The position numbers were made by a program, and so were the translations under genes. From Chthoniobacteraceae bacterium (GTDB taxonomy: Bacteria > Verrucomicrobiota > Verrucomicrobiia > Chthoniobacterales > Chthoniobacteraceae): 42,004 bases of DNA. The DNA lies in contig JBBCKI010000043.1 in assembly GCA_037190965.1 (NCBI GenBank), positions 1-42,004 on the forward strand, read 5' to 3'. Below are positions 37,740 through 42,004 of the stretch, piece after piece. The stretch's first letter is position 1. Each line of letters starts with the position of its first letter. Under the pieces are notes generated by a model, which made no database searches, was not told the origin of the DNA, and saw only the letters and a program-made list of their open reading frames with translations.

Positions 37740-38444
37740 GTGTCGACCCAGTCCATGCCGCCAATGCCAGAGTCTCCAGCAAAGCCCGAAGCCAAACCTT
37801 TGAGCCTGAAGGTGAACGAGATCTATTTCTCGGTTCAGGGAGAGAGCACCTGGGTGGGGCTTCCGTGCGTTTTTGTGCGGTTGACGGCCTGCGATCTCCG
37901 CTGCACCTATTGCGATACGACTTACGCGTTCTACGAAGGGAAACGCCGCCCGCTGGACGAGGTGCTTGCGGAAGTCCTCGCCTATGGTTGTCCGCTGGTG
38001 GAACTGACCGGCGGCGAACCCCTGTTGCAAAAGGCCGCGCTCCCGCTGATGGCCGCGCTCTGTGATGCCGGTAAGACGGTTCTCATTGAGACCAGCGGAG
38101 CGCACGATATTTCGAAGATCGACCCGCGCGTGCACCGGATCATGGATCTCAAGACGCCCGGCAGCGGCGAATGCGCCCGCAATCTCTGGTCAAACATCGC
38201 CAATTTGACGCGCGGCGACGAGGTGAAGTTCGTGATCGGCTCCCGCGAGGACTACGAATGGTCCCGCGAGCAGGTGCTGACCCACGATCTCGCCAACCGG
38301 GTCCAGACCGTCCTCTTTTCGCCGATCTTTGGACGGATCAAACCGGTCGAGATCGTCAACTGGATCCTGGAAGACAAGCTGCCGGTGCGGTTCCAGCTCC
38401 AGCTTCACAAATTCATCTGGGATCCAAAAGAGCGGGGTGTATAG
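37740..38444 (+). CDS. queE: 7-carboxy-7-deazaguanine synthase (radical SAM)
   Basis: EIYFSVQGE, FVRLTACDLRCTYCDT (CxxxCxxC), TGGEPLLQ, IETSG, QLQLHKFIW; exact start uncertain. Confidence 0.9.
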   Translation: MSTQSMPPMPESPAKPEAKPLSLKVNEIYFSVQGESTWVGLPCVFVRLTACDLRCTYCDTTYAFYEGKRRPLDEVLAEVLAYGCPLVELTGGEPLLQKAALPLMAALCDAGKTVLIETSGAHDISKIDPRVHRIMDLKTPGSGECARNLWSNIANLTRGDEVKFVIGSREDYEWSREQVLTHDLANRVQTVLFSPIFGRIKPVEIVNWILEDKLPVRFQLQLHKFIWDPKERGV

Positions 38445-38455
38445 GCGGAAGCGCT

Positions 38456-38586
38456 GGTAGTCCGCTCGCGCCGTGAGCGCGGGATTTGCTAGGGCTGCAT
38501 CCCGGAAAGCGGAGCCCCCTCCTGCGGGGATGAAGCCAAACGCGACTCATCATCGATCCCGCGCTCGACGGCGCGAGCGGGCTACC
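38456..38586 (+). repeat. REP-doublet dispersed repeat, copy 3 (best preserved)
   Basis: Arms GGTAGTCCGCTCGCGCCGTGAGCGCGGGAT and ATCCCGCGCTCGACGGCGCGAGCGGGCTACC are near-perfect inverted repeats; located between convergent genes. Confidence 0.85.
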
Positions 38587-38603
38587 GATTATACGACTCG
38601 ACC

Positions 38604-39536
38604 TCAAAGGGTCGCAATCAACGCTTCGCAAACCGCCATCAGACGGGCACGCAGGGGAATCCCTCGCTCGGCGAACCCTCGTTGGAGGCTTTCGTATTGA
38701 GCGCGGCCTTCTGCGGTCTCGATGGGAATGGGCTCGAACCCCAGGGCGCGGAGGTCATACGGGCTGGCCCGCATGTCGGCTTCGCGGATCTCGCAGGCGA
38801 GGGCGAAGGTGTCGGCGATCAACTCCGAGGGTGCGTAAGGGGTCAGTTTGAACGCCCATTTGTAGAGGTCCATGTTGGCATGCAGGCAGCCGCGTTGCTC
38901 CAGAGCGGGAATACTGCTTTTGCTCGGCTGCAGGCGGTTGAGCGGGCGGGCGGCGTCGGTAAAGAACCGGAAAGCGTCGAAATGCGAGCAGCGGATGGTC
39001 TGTGATTCCACGATGGCGGCCAATTGTTCGGCATTAAACCGAAGCGGCCACGCGGCATGGCGCACCTCCGGCGCCCGGTAGACCATCGCCCATTCGTGCA
39101 GCCCGAAACAGCCGAAGAACGGCGGTCGCGAGGTGGTCGCGCGCAACAGGCTTGCGATCCAGTGCAGCCCTTCGTGCCGTGCCGGTTTGAGCCAGGCGGG
39201 ATCGGCGGTGACCCCTTCCGGCACGGTGCGGTAACCGGGGATTGAGAGGTAATCCAGCGCCGATTCGCCCTCCAGGATCACCCCGAGACCGGGGTGCCAG
39301 GTTTCGAGCTGCCGTGGACGGAAGTGGTAGTACTGGAAAAGAAAATCGTAAACCGGGTGTTTCCGTTGTGCGCGAGCCCGCGTCTGGTGCGGCCCCGTCC
39401 ATGTCTGCACCCGGGCAAGATGGGCCGCCCGCCGGGCGTGCCAATCGGGCTCGGCAAGCACGGAGCAGGGAAGGGATGACAGGTTGGGTTCGCAGGGCAC
39501 TTTAAGACGGTTCCCGCAAAACATCGCGCAAGGCAA
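38604..39536 (-). CDS. Conserved protein of a family often labelled '3-methyladenine DNA glycosylase' (function uncertain)
   Basis: HPVYDFLFQYY, GCFGLHEWAMVY, CSHFDAFRFFT, GCLHANMDLYKW, DMRASPYDL; true start probably downstream of 39536. Confidence 0.75.
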   Translation of the reverse strand: MPCAMFCGNRLKVPCEPNLSSLPCSVLAEPDWHARRAAHLARVQTWTGPHQTRARAQRKHPVYDFLFQYYHFRPRQLETWHPGLGVILEGESALDYLSIPGYRTVPEGVTADPAWLKPARHEGLHWIASLLRATTSRPPFFGCFGLHEWAMVYRAPEVRHAAWPLRFNAEQLAAIVESQTIRCSHFDAFRFFTDAARPLNRLQPSKSSIPALEQRGCLHANMDLYKWAFKLTPYAPSELIADTFALACEIREADMRASPYDLRALGFEPIPIETAEGRAQYESLQRGFAERGIPLRARLMAVCEALIATL

Positions 39537-39603
39537 GTTTCCAAAAGGGGCGGAGCGATCTTTTTATGGAAAAATGGAAGGGTAACTGCTGTACTGGGCA
39601 TCC

Positions 39604-40071
39604 ATGATTCCCCGATGCTCGCCCCTGTCTTTATTGGCCTTGATGGCGCTCGTGCTGGTCGGCTGCAGTTCGGCCGACAAAAAGAAGCCTGAGATCTCCA
39701 AGCCTCCCGGAGACCTCAAGGATCAAAGCGGCGATGCTTCCTTCCAGTCGTTCGCTTCCCGCCTGCGCAAGGCGGTGGCCAAACGGGATAAGGTGATGCT
39801 TGCCTCGATGATGACACCGGATTTCGGTTTTAGTTGGGCGGAGGGCGGCGAGGGGCCGGAGGTGTTCAACTACTGGGATGCCAACCAGCTTTGGCCGGAG
39901 TTGCAGGGGGTTCTCAGTGAGAAATTCGTGCCGAGCGGCGATTACATGGTGGCTCCTGCTGAGGTGACCTATAATCCCGACTACGCTGGCTATCGCGCCG
40001 GATTGCGATTGGTGAACGGTGCCTGGCGGTTTGCTTACTTTGTTCCCGCTCCGCCCGCATCCATGCAATAA
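39604..40071 (+). CDS. Hypothetical lipoprotein
   Basis: Lipobox LVGC after a hydrophobic stretch; fills the gap before the fabZ-like gene. Confidence 0.8.
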   Translation: MIPRCSPLSLLALMALVLVGCSSADKKKPEISKPPGDLKDQSGDASFQSFASRLRKAVAKRDKVMLASMMTPDFGFSWAEGGEGPEVFNYWDANQLWPELQGVLSEKFVPSGDYMVAPAEVTYNPDYAGYRAGLRLVNGAWRFAYFVPAPPASMQ

Positions 40072-40088
40072 CCGCATTTTTCCCCGCC

Positions 40089-40505
40089 ATGGAGACTAAT
40101 GACCCCATCCAGCTTGGGCTACCGCACCGGAAGCCGTTCATTTTCGTGGACAAGGTGACCGCGATGACTCCGGGCGAAGCCGCCCGGGGCGTAAAGACCT
40201 TCTCATCCGATGAGCCGTTTTTTCGCGGGCATTTCCCGGGGGATCCGCTCGTGCCGGGAGTGATCCTGACGGAGGCCCTGGCGCAGATCGCCGGGATTGC
40301 CGTGGCGCGGCCGGGGCTGCGGCTCGCGGCAATCCGGTCGATGAAGTTCCCAAGGGCCGCCCGCCCCTGCCAGTTGATTGAACTGGACGCCCGGAAGATC
40401 GGGGAGGCGGGAGGGCTTTTTCAGTTCTCCGTCACCGCCTCTGTGGAAGGGGAAGTCGTCGCCGAAGGCTCGGTGGTCCTGGGCGGGGCGGTGTCTGCGA
40501 ATTGA
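40089..40505 (+). CDS. 3-hydroxyacyl-ACP dehydratase, FabZ-like hot-dog fold
   Basis: LPHRKPFIFVD, FFRGHFPGDPLVPGVILTEALAQ. Confidence 0.88.
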   Translation: METNDPIQLGLPHRKPFIFVDKVTAMTPGEAARGVKTFSSDEPFFRGHFPGDPLVPGVILTEALAQIAGIAVARPGLRLAAIRSMKFPRAARPCQLIELDARKIGEAGGLFQFSVTASVEGEVVAEGSVVLGGAVSAN

Positions 40506-40541
40506 GAAAAAGCGAGCCTTCGGCTGCAAGGAGTGCGGGGT

Positions 40542-40636
40542 CGCGGAGCTCCGCCCTCCGTTGGAAGGCATTTCACTCTGGAAGCTTTCGTCCTGCGCGC
40601 GCTTGCCGCGCGGTAGATGGAGGGCGGAGTTCCACG
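40542..40636. repeat. Inverted-repeat pair, possibly a second REP family (GGAG-type)
   Basis: CGCGGAGCTCCGCCCTCC (40542-40559) vs GGAGGGCGGAGTTCCACG (40619-40636), 16/18 complementary; between convergent genes. Confidence 0.55.
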
Positions 40637-40713
40637 CCTATGGCCAAAGGCCCTCTATTTCTTCTTCTCAACAACTCGCGCTTGCAGGACTTTTCTTGAA
40701 GTACCACCCAATT

Positions 40714-41907
<1,194 letters not shown>

Positions 41908-42004
41908 GGAATCTTGACCTATAGGTGGAACTGTCGCTTCCGGCAATACACGAGTTTTTGGCTTGAGGTAAATTGAGGGCAAATGTCTCGCGGCAAAGGC
42001 CGCC

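Noticed and set aside
24421..38444. tgt plus queE as a DNA 7-deazaguanine (dpd) modification cluster
   Set aside because: The genes are about 12 kb apart, Tgt has canonical tRNA-TGT motifs, and no dpd genes are present

Overview
GC-rich bacterial chromosome segment, probably Verrucomicrobiota (inferred from protein style). It is mostly housekeeping genes: uvrD-like helicase, yqeY, ispD, M16 peptidase, tig-clpP-clpX-ctpA-tsaD, a hybrid kinase, tgt, an APC-USP permease, an MdtABC-type RND system, trpA, queE, fabZ-like and trpB. An AT-richer minus-strand island of about 10 kb (~13.9-23.7 kb) interrupts these genes and has no integrase or tRNA. The island encodes a tandem alpha/beta-hydrolase, an O-antigen-ligase-like membrane protein, a short signal-peptide YD/Rhs-like protein, a secreted 3D-domain protein with a putative partner, an HUH (Y1, RAYT-like) endonuclease, an orphan secreted-protein cassette and a remnant of a second, diverged HUH gene. 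The HUH gene lies between perfect 27-bp inverted repeats, each followed outward by an array of nested, truncated copies. The best candidate for an undescribed system is this HUH enzyme plus end-arrays acting as a cassette-accumulation or diversification device at the tail of a secreted effector/immunity-like operon; this model is inference. Intergenic regions also hold three copies of a GTAG-type REP doublet, a 162-bp MITE-like hairpin and a second small inverted-repeat element.
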